Position numbers and translations under genes: made by a program
Source: Octopus sinensis
Taxonomy: Eukaryota
Assembly (NCBI RefSeq): GCF_006345805.1
Contig: NW_021832230.1
Location: forward strand, 186,001 to 250,000
Length of the DNA stretch: 64,000 bases
Direction of reading: 5' to 3'
Notes under the pieces: generated by a model
Seen by the model: only the letters and a program-made list of their open reading frames with translations
Database searches by the model: none
Told to the model about the DNA's origin: nothing
Shown here: one piece after another, positions 25,057-38,030 of the stretch
Layout: every line of letters begins with the position of its first letter
How positions within the stretch are numbered: the stretch's first letter is position 1

Positions 25057-26600
25057 ATATTCAGTCTTGCGCGATGATTTTTTTTTATATTGAGAAGTGC
25101 TGAGAAGCCATGTTTGCATAAATATGTTGTCGGGAATATAAGCAACAAATTTAATGCATTTGCGCTTACGAAAGGATAATGCTTACACATTTCGCACCAA
25201 AATCTTGATAAAGCAAGTTTTTCATACAAATCTTTGCGTTTGAATTATTGATCATGTCAATTAGAGCCTCTTCGATATTTTCATCGACCAAACGTGGATC
25301 AACACTGAATGGTGTACGAATGAATTTCAAATCAATTTCGTTCAATTCTGGAAAGTATTTATTTACTTCTTGTTGAAGATATGTTAAATGTGCATAAATA
25401 AGTTCGGTATTTTTTTGATTTCAAATGCATCTATATTTACAGATTGTTCTTCAAAAGATTCAAACATAGTAAAATTATTTAGTTTTACTTTTTCTTTCCA
25501 CAGTGTTAACTTCATCAAAAAAGCACTAATAATTAATATGAGACAGTTAACAAACTTAATTTTATCCACAAAATCAATTATTGTTTCATGTCTCCCTGAA
25601 GCGATTTGTTGAGTGAATTTATACGAAAGAAGACATCTCTCAAGTAAGCAAGTTTAGATAGCCATGAACTATCCATTAATTCGAAATAAATTCCGATGAT
25701 TTGGAATGTTTTCGCGAATAAAATATTCAGATAATTCATTCCTCAAAGAAAAAACTCTGGCAAGAATGTTTCCCCGAGATAACCATCTCACCTCAGTGTG
25801 GAATACCAAAGCCTTTCCATCCTTTTCAAATTCTTCGCAAATAAGTCTGAAAATGCGCAAATTTAAAGCACTCTTTTAATATAATTTATGATATGTACGA
25901 CATCATCGAGAACATATCTTAAATCTGAAGGTAATGTTTTTGCAGCAAGTGCATATCGATGTAGCATACAATGCATATGTTTCGTTTCCTGGTTAGCAAG
26001 TCTGACTTGGCCTCTAAAGCCAGAATGAAAGCCAAGCATTGCTGGAGCTCCATCGGTTGCGCAACAACATACATTATTCCAAGATAACCCAACACTGTCA
26101 AAAAACATAGAAATTGCTTGAAAAATATCTTTTCCTTTAGTGGTCGATTCAAGCGAATAGGAAAATAAAAATTCCTCTTTAAAATCTCCGTCATAGACAT
26201 AACGAGCAAATATTATTAATTGAGCACAGTTCGCTACATCGGTGGATTCATCAACTTGTATAGCGAAATTTTGATGGCATAAGTTTTTATTTGTTCTACC
26301 ACTGTTAAAATAAATAATATAATATCAATAACCTGACACCTAATATTTTCTGACATTTCAGAAATTCGTCGATGAACAGTATCATTCGATAATGATATTT
26401 CCGAAATCATATTTTCAGCGTGAGTGCCAATAAGAGTACGTATATGTCTTTACAACAAGGAAGAATCAGTTTTTCGGCAATATTATGAGGTTCTTTTCTT
26501 TCGCTATACGTAATGAAATTATGTAAGATGCTAATAGCATGGAATTATGAGAAGGCAAAGTTTGTATGAAACGAGTCAATACTTGATTTTTCATAAAAAA
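25057..26600 (-). mobile_element. hAT Buster-like transposase pseudogene
   Basis: FAIQVDESTDV, CCATDGAPAMLG, HCMLHRYALAAK, HTEVRWLSRG, FPTTYLCKHGFS; frameshifted. Confidence 0.9.
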
Positions 26601-26834
26601 CTAAGTGATCCCAGAATACTAAAGTATACTTGATTTTTCTCAACCACACTTATACCCTACTTCTCTTCCAAGACTTTGACTAGGTCAAATAAGTGACCCC
26701 AGTACATATACACCCTGGAATCGAGCTAGGGTCAAGTGTTAAATGTTCGATTGCTCGCACTTGCAATCATGGATTGGTTTGCAATTTTTTTATAAAGAAA
26801 TTATACACCTCATTGATTTCAGGTGTCTTCCAGT

Positions 26835-27105
26835 CAGAGAGACGGGTAACTGCAAAACGTTCTGAAGAGTTGAAGAAAAAAAAAACTCTTTCCTGGCAGA
26901 CAGATATCTTTTCCAGCCGATCGCTGTGGAGACTTCTGGAGTCTTTGGAACAGAGAGTTTTTCGTTCATTCGAAGATTGGGTGGTCTAATCTCCAAAAAA
27001 ACAGGTGATCCGCGGGAGACGTCGTGGCTCTTCCAGAGGATTTCGTGTGCAATTGTCCGCGGAAATTCACACGCTATCCGAGGCTCATACTAATTAATTA
27101 AAACT
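26835..27105 (+). mobile_element. CRE-clade 3' fragment
   Basis: FQPIAVETSGV...DPRETSWLFQRISCAIVRGN with a TAATTAATTA tail. Confidence 0.8.
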
Positions 27106-27139
27106 TTATTGGTCTAAAAAACAATTTGTAATTAAAGTA

Positions 27140-28010
27140 TTGGTTTAGAAATGAATTCCGAAAAATCAGCATCTAATGTGGGATCATTATCATGCTGTGA
27201 GACTGTGGATGGAATCAACGGATATCGGTACTTGGGTGTACGTGAAGACGGGGGAAGTATAATGCTCTCAAGAAAAAAGTTATGGACTCCATACTGAAGA
27301 ATGTCAAGAAAAGGATAACCATGTTATCAAAAACAAAGCTGAATGCTGTGAATTTGTTTCGTAGCATCAATGAATATGCATTATCTTTATATAATTATTA
27401 TATCGGGCTAATTAATATCGAACCGCACGAATTTGACGAAATTGACCAACAAATACGCCGATTGCTTACGACTCTCAAGTTACATCTCCAGCTTGCAAAT
27501 AAGGAGAGGTTGTATTTGGATCGCAAAACGCTTGGAAGAGGACTTACCTCAATTTTTTTAAAAACGAATTAATAATCCTCCAGTTTCTTACAAGTTTGGA
27601 AAAAAGTCGACTATCTGTCTAAGGAAATCGGGTATTCTGCGAGTAATCAAAACAAGAAAATGGCACTTAGTCACAATCGCAGAATTTCTTGTTTTTAAAT
27701 TTCTTGTCAGTGGGGAAAATCTGAACATTGATTCACTCAAGGACGCTCAAAGAAAACTTTTGCTTAGCCGAATCAGCTGTAAATCACTACATTCGGCGAT
27801 TTTTAAATGTATGGAAGAATCAAATATCGATCTATCTACTTTTTTGCAATGGCTATCAAAAGGTAACAATGGTTTACAGTGCGAAGCATTGTACTGTCTT
27901 TTACAAGAGAGGAATTTGTTTTTTGCATACGCGGGATCACTCCGCGTCCATTGCAAAAAAGCAAGCAGACTGTTGACCATCTAGCCACGCGGTGTGGTAT
28001 AATGCTAAAC
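27140..28010 (+). mobile_element. R4/Dong-clade LINE (post-RT region to zinc knuckle)
   Basis: YRYLGV, KLNAVNLFRSINEYALS, KERLYLDRKTLGRGL, LQERNLF, TVDHLATRCG. Confidence 0.9.
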
Positions 28011-28420
28011 AGAAAAATTGCGGGTATTAAATGGCAACAGACTATCAAAAACGACACTCTCTACAAATTATGTAAATGCAAACCGATTAGCAAGGAAGTT
28101 ACTACTTCACGCTGGAGACTTTTCGGACATTTCCTGAAAATTGACGAAATGATTCCTTGCAATCAAATCATGGAAGAATACTTCTCTAGTCACGGAATTG
28201 GATTTTGGGGTCGGCCAAGACACACGCTTCCTCTCTGCCTGAGGGATGATTACGCGAGAATTAGCTTTCGACTTAAAACTGGTGACGATCTTGAGGACAT
28301 TTGCAAACGTGCGAGGAACAAGGCTGGATGGAAAAGACTGAGTGGGAAGATATTTGAAAGTACGTCATGAGCGAAACCTTAGGCTCTTACGTGCTTATGA
28401 CAACGCGGAAGTGCTATTAA
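28010..28420 (+). mobile_element. RTE-like LINE 3' end
   Basis: IKWQQTIKNDTLY...RWRLFGHFLK...GRPRHTLP...WKRL; same family as 46500-46760 and 61600-63400. Confidence 0.8.
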
Positions 28421-28505
28421 CTAACAATTACAGTTTTTCTTCTTAGTCATCTATCTTTTTTGAAAATATCACTGATTAGTATTAATGTAAAGAAGGTTAG
28501 TTAGT

Positions 28506-30018
28506 TTAGACAAACGGAGACAAAAATAAAATGAGCAAAAACAATAAATTTCCAGCAGTCGAAATAAGCCCGAGAACATACATTTCAGCTCTAAAATTAA
28601 ATAAACATTTGATACGCTAAGCTCGAACATAGATTGCATCTCAGCTCTTGGAACTTAGATGGAAGTCCTTTGCAGCTTAAAAGTAATTTAACGTTGCTTA
28701 TAAATTGTGATGCTGTTTGGTTAAGATTAGTAGCTGAACTTTTCATTGAATTCTAATATTTATGTTTATGCAACCGACCAATAATTTTGTTTTAATATTT
28801 AAACAGTCTGCGTAAACAGTTGTCTGTGGAGAGCATGTAATGTTTAACGGTGGAAAATATTTATTTGTATCAAAGTTCATCGCCGATTTAATCTAAAATA
28901 AAAATATAATTATAACTATCGGATTAGGGTTAGCCGGATCACATTTTATAATATTAGTGATTTCGCTTACATCTAGATTTAATATTATAAAAAGTACTAA
29001 ATGACTTTACAATTGAATCTATTTGAGGGCAACCACGTGTTAAAATCTATAAATGATTTACAAAATGCAACCATTGGAATTGCTAGAAATAATATAGTGA
29101 TAAGAAGCGATAGTAATGAAACTGTTGACATTAAACTGGAAAGTCTGCAATAAAATCCACTTATTCTGTACATTTTAAAAACAGTTTTATTCAAGCTCCA
29201 CGAGAATATTGCAATTAAAAATGTTAGGACTGAAGAAAGACCGAATATCGTCAAAATTGAGGGAATTCTTACCAATAATCACACATTTCTTACATGTATT
29301 TTTTAATGTATAGATTAGCCAATTCTCTCGTATCCTCATATTTTGTCAAGTCAAATTGGTCTATAAATATTCCAGAGATAGGATTTTTAAAATTTTGAAT
29401 ATTGTTTTTAATGTCTTGTATAAAGTCACTTTGGTTAGTTATTGCAAGCATTCTGACATAATTGGGATCATTTTTCAGACTCGTAAGGTTACTGTCAAAA
29501 CCAATGAGATTTTTATTTATTTCATTAATCGTTCGTGTCTTAATAGTAGTATTAAATTTACCATATTGTTTTTAAAATTATTCAGACTGCTGACCGCAGA
29601 TGTGTATGGTTTTTGGTAATTTATAATTTCTTTCTGAAAAAATACAACGAGTACAGTCGCGTAAATGAACAATGCTCTATAATTCAAATAACTACCATTA
29701 ACTACGTTGTTCCTAAAAATAGCATCGGAGTCAAACAACGCCGAAATTTATTGTCCTTTTTCCCCACCTTGTTTCCAAAGCAAGAAAATATTGTTGTTAA
29801 CAGGATAATTATCATCCCAGTCAAAAAAGGGATAACTCCCCATACTCCAACAGTCTATAGCAATTTAACGCTCCAAAATGAAATACGATTATTTCAGGGA
29901 GTGAGTAGTTGTTCAGCCCTATTTTTTGTAAACCTTTTCCAATTTGATCCGAAGGTATGATATCTGGAAATTTCAATGTTGTGTCAAGAATTGTTTGTCG
30001 AGAACAGTTTTGAGCCAT
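28506..30018 (-). CDS. Tweety-family (TTYH)-like five-TM protein, multi-exon
   Basis: The hand-spliced product has two TM pairs plus a final TM. The second outer loop AFC...LYKCDPANPNP...LLSCKGLPSKF...NLC parallels tweety DFC...YLYC...P...DCRGLHKDY...IC. Exon boundaries are partly tentative. Confidence 0.6.
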
Positions 30019-30221
30019 TATTAAAAAATCCGGCTTTCAAAATTTTAAATATTAACTACCGCAAAAAAGCTGAAACCAAACAATTATATGGTAAATTAAT
30101 TAATCAATAATTTAAAAATTGGTTTCGTCAATCTCAAAAAAAATTTTAAATAAAAATATTAACTTACAAAAATCTATATTAGTAAGACGAGTTTATTTCT
30201 AAAAAATAAATTTTTAAGAAT

Positions 30222-30425
30222 TTGGCGAAATTGCTTGAAAAAGTGACGGAATTGCTTGGAAAAGTAGCGAATTTGCTTGAAACAATAAACCGATAATCTT
30301 CTTATGCACGAAATTGCTTGAAAAAGTGGCAGAATTGCTTGAAACGAAAAGCCGATAATCTACTTTACACGAAATTGCGTGAAAAAGTTGCGAAATTGCT
30401 TGCAAAAGTGGCGAAAAAGTGTGGA
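30222..30425. repeat. Degenerate about 21-bp minisatellite (GGCGAAATTGCTTGAAAAAGT)
   Basis: About 7 visible units with two longer interspersed variants carrying CCGATAATC. Confidence 0.8.
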
Positions 30426-30439
30426 AAACCCGATAATAA

Positions 30440-30910
30440 TTGATTATTGAGAAAACAAATTAAGTTAGGAATGGGCAGAGGGGAAGCTCCGGGGGGCTAA
30501 GGCACGCACCCTCCTGCGGAAAGTACCGCATGCGTGTTGCCACGGAGAATGGCGATGGATATCCGCTGCAATAGCCACGAAACCTCGCGTGGCTCTTTCA
30601 TCCTGTGGGCCAATTTCCTCCCGATGTCGCTGATGAAGGCCGAGGTTAGAGACCCTGCGACGCCCGATGTCTCCAAAGCGATTGGTACGAATATAAAACG
30701 GCATCCAAGTTCCTGGTATTTTTTAATTTTGGCCGTCTCAGCCTTTTCCGCAGCGGACCCGGGGGAAGTGGCAGATGACATGATTGCCGATGGAAAGAAT
30801 CGATGCACGTAGCATCCCAGACGAGGCACTTGCCGTCCCGAAAAGGAAAGATTGTCATTCCGTCTGGGCGTTTGCCGTCACCACGGTCCAATCCGACAGG
30901 CTCAAGTTGT
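30440..30910 (-). mobile_element. CRE-clade 3' end (RLE domain)
   Basis: [29 protein letters not shown]...[11 protein letters not shown]...WLLQRISIAILRGN. Confidence 0.9.
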
Positions 30911-31859
30911 GAATATAAACATAAATCCAGTTTTTATCAAAAAAATATTAGTGAATATTTAAGGCATCAAAGATACAACTGTCGAACCGATTGCTTCTCC
31001 ATTATCCATATGATTGTAATTTTCAAATACCCATCTTGAAGTACCTTAAATTACGATACTTTAAAATAATCGAAGGCTCTTTTATCCTGTATAAATGCAT
31101 CTGAGCAAGACGCAATTGAAGATGTTTTGTTTTCCATATTCGTCAATTTTAATATTCAAATGAATTAAAAACTCATTAATCATAGATCTGTCACATGAGA
31201 CTTTTTCTCCCGCCAAATTTTTGAACTTAAGTTCAGGTCTTAATTACAAATTTTGTAACTATCTATTTAAAGCTTTAAAATTTGAAGTAAAAAAATTATA
31301 AATTTCAAACTTTCAGTCCTAATAAAATGTTTTTAAAAATTGCAATAATACCGATTTTTTGAATTAAAAGTCCAAAAATTAAAAAATTTGTTTCTTAGGT
31401 GTTGAAATCTGCATTTGAATTAATTTGTCTGTTTTTTATATCAATGGAATAATGTTTCTCTAAATTCAAAAGATTGTTCCGATACTTGTGTGAAACATTC
31501 TAGCGAGTTATCGAATTGAATCCTCCTTTTTTGGAAGAAGTTTAGCAATTTCAATTTTTCATTGTAGTTTAAGCCCATAGAAGGTAAAAACTGTGAAATT
31601 CACTTTTAAATTAAAATAATCAAAAGCGTTCCAAAGCGAGATCCTTTTTCTAAAGATTTTATAAATTTTCTAACAAAAGTCTCTGAGTGTTCCGAATCCC
31701 GAGAATGTATCAAAAACAGAGGTTTTCCACCCCGAGGTCCGTTTCAAATCGCAACATGCACATTTGATTCGAAATTGTGCTTTAAAATAAAATTAAATTA
31801 CACTGAGTGGCTAACTTAGTGGGCTGCATAAACAGACTTGTTCTTAAACACAGTAGTCG

Positions 31860-33500
31860 AAGGCAACTATTTGCTAAAATAGGACTATCTTATAAATGGG
31901 GAAGCTAGCTCCAGGCGACCAAGTATTATGCTAAACATTGAATTATGATTTTTCGTTGACCAATATTCATTTCTTTAATCTAAAAAAGTGTGAAATGAGG
32001 TTATGGTGACTCTGTCGTACGGAAAGTCGATTCTTTTTTCAACCTGTGGTACCTCGATGATGCAACCATCGGGGGCCCCTCTGATACCGTGATTCAGGAT
32101 ATTTTCAACATAATTCCCACCCTCCGTGAAATTGGACTGGAAGTAAACGTCAGCAAGTGCGAGCTTATAAATATCTCTTGCTCGCACGAAGAATTCGGTT
32201 CCGCACTAAACAAGCTGCAACTTCGCCTGCCGGGCTGAAAACCACACCCATTGATGATGTTCTATTCCTCGGCGCGCCCATGGGCCAATCCAACTTAAGA
32301 AGTCGCTATCTGAGAAAGCCAAATGGGTCACTGATTTCACAAATAAGCTCATGTTGCTTGATTCTCACTACGGATTTTTCGTGCTCAGAGCAACCCATGT
32401 TGCCAAGGCTTCTATATTTGCTGCGAACTTCAAAATGCTCAATACAATCCGACATGCTTCAATCGCTCGATACTTCTCTGAAGTTGGCCGCTGAAAAAAT
32501 CCTAAACATATCCTTTGATGACGCTGGTTGAACTTGCTGCAAATTACCTCTACGCCTTGGCGGAGTTGGACTCCGTTCACCTCTGGACATGGCTCTTCCT
32601 GCATTCCTCTCCTCACGTGCGAGCTCCCAAGCCCTCATCACCCAAATCCTACGTAACTCTCGCGGATTGAAGAGGACCGGGTTTTCTCTGGAGCTTGCGA
32701 ATTCTGGAAGGGATCTGGATTGGCCATTCCATCTAACATTTCATGCTAATGGGAATGGGATGATATCTCCAGCAAAGCTAAAATGGAAGCAATCAGACCT
32801 ACATTGGATCAGCATCGCCTCGCTTGTTTCGGTGCCGCTGCCAGACCTGAAAGTGGGGCGTGGCATATGCCCTCCCTTGCTCCCAATCTGGAACCCTTCT
32901 CGATAATGACTGTGTGAGGATTGGCGTAGCAATGCGCTTGGGACTTAATGTCTGTTCGGGGGGCCAATGCCGATGTGGGAGTAAAGTCGATACCAAAGGA
33001 CTACATCCCCTGTCATGCAGAAGGAGTGCTGGCCGTGCTCCCAGACACTCCGCTATCAACGAGACTATTTCGGCTGCGTTACAAGCAGCTGGATTCCCGA
33101 CAGAACTGGAACCCGTTGGGCTTGACCGTGGAGACGGTAAACGCCCAGATGGAGTCACCATTTTCCCGTGGAGTAATGGGAAATGCCTCGCGTGGGACTC
33201 CACGTGCACAGACACCTTCTCAAAGACCAATATAGTTGACTCCGCGATCAGTCCAGGCTCAGCCGCTGAGAAGGCTGAGGTACATAAAGCTCAGAATATT
33301 CCAACCTGCTGGACAACTTTATCTTCTCCCCAATATCTGTAGAAACCTCCGGGGCCATGAGCCAAAAATCGTTTGAACTCGTCGTTAAAAATCGGGAATC
33401 TGATCTCGAGAAGCCGGAGAGAGCCTCGGGAGAAGCAATGGTTGTTCCAAGAATATCCATTGCGATCCTGAGGGGCAACGTCTTCTCGATCATCAGCAGC
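31860..33500 (+). mobile_element. Longest CRE-clade remnant (RT YLDD, CCHC and RLE)
   Basis: WYLDDATIGG, LPLRLGGVGLRS, CRCG...HPLSC, DGKRPDGVTIFPWSNGKCLAWDSTC; several frameshifts. Confidence 0.92.
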
Positions 33501-33649
33501 TTAAGATTATGATAATCATTTTCGCACGTTTTTTTAGGTTGTGGTTTCTGATTAATGAATCGATTAAAATTAGTTTTATCTATTTTATAATTTGTTAGTT
33601 AGCCTCATCGTTAACAGGCAAAAAATAATCATCAGAACCAAACATATTT

Positions 33650-34543
33650 TGTCGCGCCCCACGCTGGCGACCAAAGCGACCTTCGTTGATGACATGGTTG
33701 ACAGGATGACCTAAACAGTTTGACACTAATTACTTAGTAAAGATAGTTGTTAAAAATTTAAAAACTTAACATTTTTAATAATATTTATAGTAACTATCTT
33801 GGTTTCATTTTTTAATTCGATCTAAATTTTAGGAAATACAACTAACCATTAATCTGCTATTAGACATTATATTTTTTACTTTTCTCTTTTCTTCGTATGG
33901 GGATTCAAATCTATGTAGCTTCAATGACGGATTCGTTTCACAATCTTTTAAAAATCGAACCTAAACTGTTATTATTCAATTATACCTCGTTCCCTGTGTT
34001 AAAATCATATTTTTATCTGTGTACTCCTATCTTTTTATTCATTCTCTTAAAATAAGATGAATTCGCATCTGGAAGAGCAAAATCAAAAATTTTATTATTT
34101 GTTTCTAAAAATAAATACATCGTAAATTACTATCAAGTTCACCTTCGATAAAGGTGAATGGTAATTAGAATGGGGTACCTAAGTATATTTAAAAATACTT
34201 TTAATGGCAGAGCAAATTTACAAATTTCGCAGTCTTTTATAATTTATTATCATAAATTGATTCGCTTTCTTTATAAGTTTATATTTTTCGGATTTAGATG
34301 TAGTTTGTACTGGTTTTTGAAAGAGTAAATTTACAAGATTTTGGTATTCACTGTCATTTTTTACGTAACCTAAGGATTGAGACTATAGTGATAAAAAAAT
34401 TTTTGGAAGATACTATTTTTCAATTAAAATGACGCTAAAGCCTTTTTTATAATAAATAATTTTAGTTGTTAATTGAATGTCAAACTATGTAGGTCACGCT
34501 GTAAACAATGAAAGTCGCTTGGTCGCCAGCGTGGGGCGCGACA
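33650..34543 (-). mobile_element. Ginger-like integrase DNA transposon A (internally deleted, 894 bp)
   Basis: About 30-bp TIRs TGTCGCGCCCCACGCTGGCGACCA...; TSD TATTT (33645-33649 and 34544-34548); remnants EYQNLVNLL...EKYKLIRK and DCEICKFALPLK. Confidence 0.85.
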
Positions 34544-35793
34544 TATTTTATTAAAGTTTAAAATCCATCATATTATTCACTGAAGGATTTTACAATTTAA
34601 AAAGTGAAATTTCGGTCACAGTCAGTTATTCGCAGACTTTTTGAAAAACTAGAAAGGCACAGATAATTTTTAGAATTTTGTCAATCAGTTGAAATTTAAA
34701 AGTTGGCATTATCAAAAGGTGCATTATAAAAATTAACTGAGGTATATATGATTTAATAATATTTATTTTAAAATTAAATTTACTATTAAACAACATATAT
34801 TAATAAATAACAATTTTGTAAAGTTTTCATTCTTTTTCGACAATCTGATTACTTTTGAACATTTAATTTTTAAAATCAGTAGTTTAATGTATTTTTCATA
34901 AAGATTGTTATTGAAACCTTGTTGGATAATTACAAATAAATACTTGCAAAAAGATATGTTTTTTGGCATTCAAAGTTTGGTAATTCTAAAATAGGAGATT
35001 TAGATAGGATATAAATTAGTGCTCGTGAATCTCTGGAGCAATTGGCTAAAAGAGAAACTATAGATTGGTTAAATTCTTTATTCAAGCATCTATTTTGGAG
35101 GCAATTCCCAATCTTCATTGTATATAAATTATAAAAAATACGAACATAAAATATAGAAGAAAAGTTATTTTTGCAAGTTATCTGTACTGCGTCTTCGTGC
35201 GTGACTATTAACTCAGATCTTTAAAAATATATATTCATTTACCTGTTGATCATTTTATCCCAGTCAATATTATGAATTTTTCTACATAAAATTAATTTGT
35301 ATATTGAAATGAGAAGTAGAAACATTGAACTCAAGATAGACTTATCGTATTCTTAATTAATATATACGATTGTACAATACTTAAGTGTTTATTTCTAAAA
35401 AGTTATCCTTTAATGTTTAGTACATTGATTGTTTTCACTCATTTCATTAAAGCAGTTTAAAATACATTACTGTCAATCATTCAGTTGCATAAAATCATTT
35501 AGACACTTAGATTCATCTTATTAGATTTAGCAGGTGATTAAAATCGAATTTTAAATAGACTCAAGTGGGTTGATTGTGTTTTTATCGATAAACTTATTGG
35601 AATTATGGATTTACAGTTTATTCAAAATCTTAATAAAGTTCAAAATTTTTATGAAAAAATAATTCAACTTATTCTCCCGATTTGCAAAAATAAACTTAGC
35701 TTTCAAAAATATAAGAAATTAGTACATAGTTTAAAATCTAATTAAAATCAACAAATTCTTATTTTATTAAACATTTTCAAAAATTATTAAATG

Positions 35794-37478
35794 TTATTCA
35801 AGTGGAGGTGGTTCAGAATTGTTGTTATAATCGTTTTTTTCTACTTTTTTGGTGTTTGGAGTTGAATGCGACGTTATGCTAACAATGTCATTCAATGAAA
35901 CAGATTGAGATTTGTATGTCGTGATATTTTTTGGCTCAATTTTTCTATTTTCATAGTTAATACTTTAATTTAAATATTTATTTTTAAAACTAAATTCTTA
36001 CTTTGTGATATTATTCAACTTGTTATTGTTTTCTCTTGAACTTTTAGTTATGATATTTTCGCACTTAGGAAATATTTAGAATTTAAAATTACTTTGGGCA
36101 TAGTTATACTAAGATACCCGGATGTTTTCGAACGCTGACATGTTGATCGAGTTGGAGAAATTTCCATTCCCAAAGAAAGCTGAAATACCTATTCAAAAAT
36201 ATAAGAATACAATATCATCAAAAACCTTTCCTTTAATTAAAACACGAACATATTTTGGCTGGATGTCCACATTAATTAATGAACTATCCAGATACCTTTT
36301 TGTTCGATTAGTCATTAAAAATATTACTTGTATAATTTCATATCAAGGATTAAACAATTGTCATCATCTGTCAGTTTAAAGTCAATTCTTAAAATAATAT
36401 TGATACAATTTGTTTACTTGGATTCGTTTATGTTCATAGGTCGACCGTCAGGCATAAAATATGAGCGGGGTCGTTTTTCCTTTATTTTATGTTCTAAATC
36501 TTAATCACAGATATTCAATGTACATTACCATTTGCTTTTTCTTTATCTTTTTGAATTTGTTGATGAATCCGAATTCGAGATTCCGGTGTATATTCTTCTT
36601 TTTCTTCATTACTTATAAAATATTTTTTTATTATAAATTACTCTGAATTTAGAATTGGCCTCACTTCTTTGCAATCAGATTTACTATTTGAATTAGACTC
36701 CAGATTTTTTTACCTTTTCTCTTTCTCTTTTTGCAAATTCTAAAAATGTAATTAAATTATACTCTTTTTTGAAAATATATATTTTGTTGTTTGTTTATAA
36801 GTTTTGAAATTTCTTCATAGTCCTATTATTCAATTTTATAAAACACCTGAATTGCTTTAATGCGTTCAGATTTTTCGATTTGAACACCATCAAGTGTCTG
36901 TCTAATCAGATATTATTGAATATACTTTTAATCTCCGTAAAGTTGATATCACATAACTTTTATAACCTTCATAATCTGTGCATGGGTTCCCCATTAAATA
37001 TCTTAAATCATGTTCATAAAATATTACAATTCTTCAAAATGTTCGAGATCTTGTAAGATTTTTATACTTGTGAGTTCTCCGACAAAATTAATAGTAAGAT
37101 CAAGTTTAACAAGAGATTCACAACCTATATATTTTGTTATAAATACCTTCTAGATTTTCAATTTTTTCAATGTTATTTAAAGCTAAATTTAAATATTCGA
37201 GATTTTTTAATCTTGCAACATTTTCTAAAAGTAGTGTTTATGTTTAAACCAATTTTTGATATCAAGTTATTCTGTAAATATAATATTTTTAGTTTTTTAC
37301 ACCACCTATCGATATTTTCAATTCTATATAAATTAATAGTATTTTTACTTTTCTATATCAAATTGATGAAGCGAAATTTCTTCCAAAGTATATATTTCTT
37401 TTTCATTGTGTTCCGCGCGTTTTCGGATCAATTCCTCGGTAACTTAAAACGTTGCCAATAAAAAACAAAACTTCGCAT
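35794..37478 (-). CDS. LRRC6: Dynein axonemal assembly factor 11 (LRRC6/tilB), multi-exon
   Basis: [98 protein letters not shown]-type CS domain ([16 protein letters not shown]), C-terminal PPLE*; first five introns 29, 25, 25, 22 and 26 nt. Confidence 0.95.
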
Positions 37479-37619
37479 TTATTGTCGCCAAGTAATAATA
37501 ATAAATTTTTTTTTAATTTTTATATAAACTATTCGTTTGTATTTTTTGGAAAGATTATTAATTTTTTGGTGAAGAATTAGTTAGATAGTTAAGTAACAAA
37601 AGGTAGTTGAGAAAGCCTG

Positions 37620-38030
37620 CTGCCTATATCGAAAACGAGTTTTCTCGGAGTATGGCTATTACAATCTTTTTTTAGCCATAATTTTTCTCGTTGATCCCTC
37701 TCCTTTCTGGCAACATTCATCCGAGTTTGTGTAAAAACTCAGCAGTCATTAGACAATGTCTCGACCGCAAAAGGGGGTAAATCGGCGGCAGTCCCCAAGC
37801 AAAGAATATTTCTTGATTTTTAAGTTTTCCACGATCGAAACAGCTGCTCCAAGTGCCTGAACCGATTTAAGGAGGCTCGTGCTTGAATAAGTATCAACAC
37901 AGGTTTCATCCCAGACCAAGGATCTTCCAGATGTGAAAGGGAAAACGGTTCATCTTGTCAGCTCTCTTTCCACCTCCTAGATCGAGACCCATTCGTTCAT
38001 GCTGTGCTGGGAAGGCTGTAGATTTCAGAG
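37620..38030 (-). mobile_element. CRE-clade 3' fragment
   Basis: GLDLGGGKRADKM..FPF...PFAVETLS...DQREKLWL. Confidence 0.7.

Noticed and set aside
34560-35745. Unidentified gene between Ginger A and LRRC6; ATATCCTAT...TTTTAG at about 35012-34986 as a second non-canonical intron
   Set aside because: Coding strand is ambiguous; the motif deviates from the U12 donor, lacks a branch site, and is a stop-free 27-mer that may be coding.
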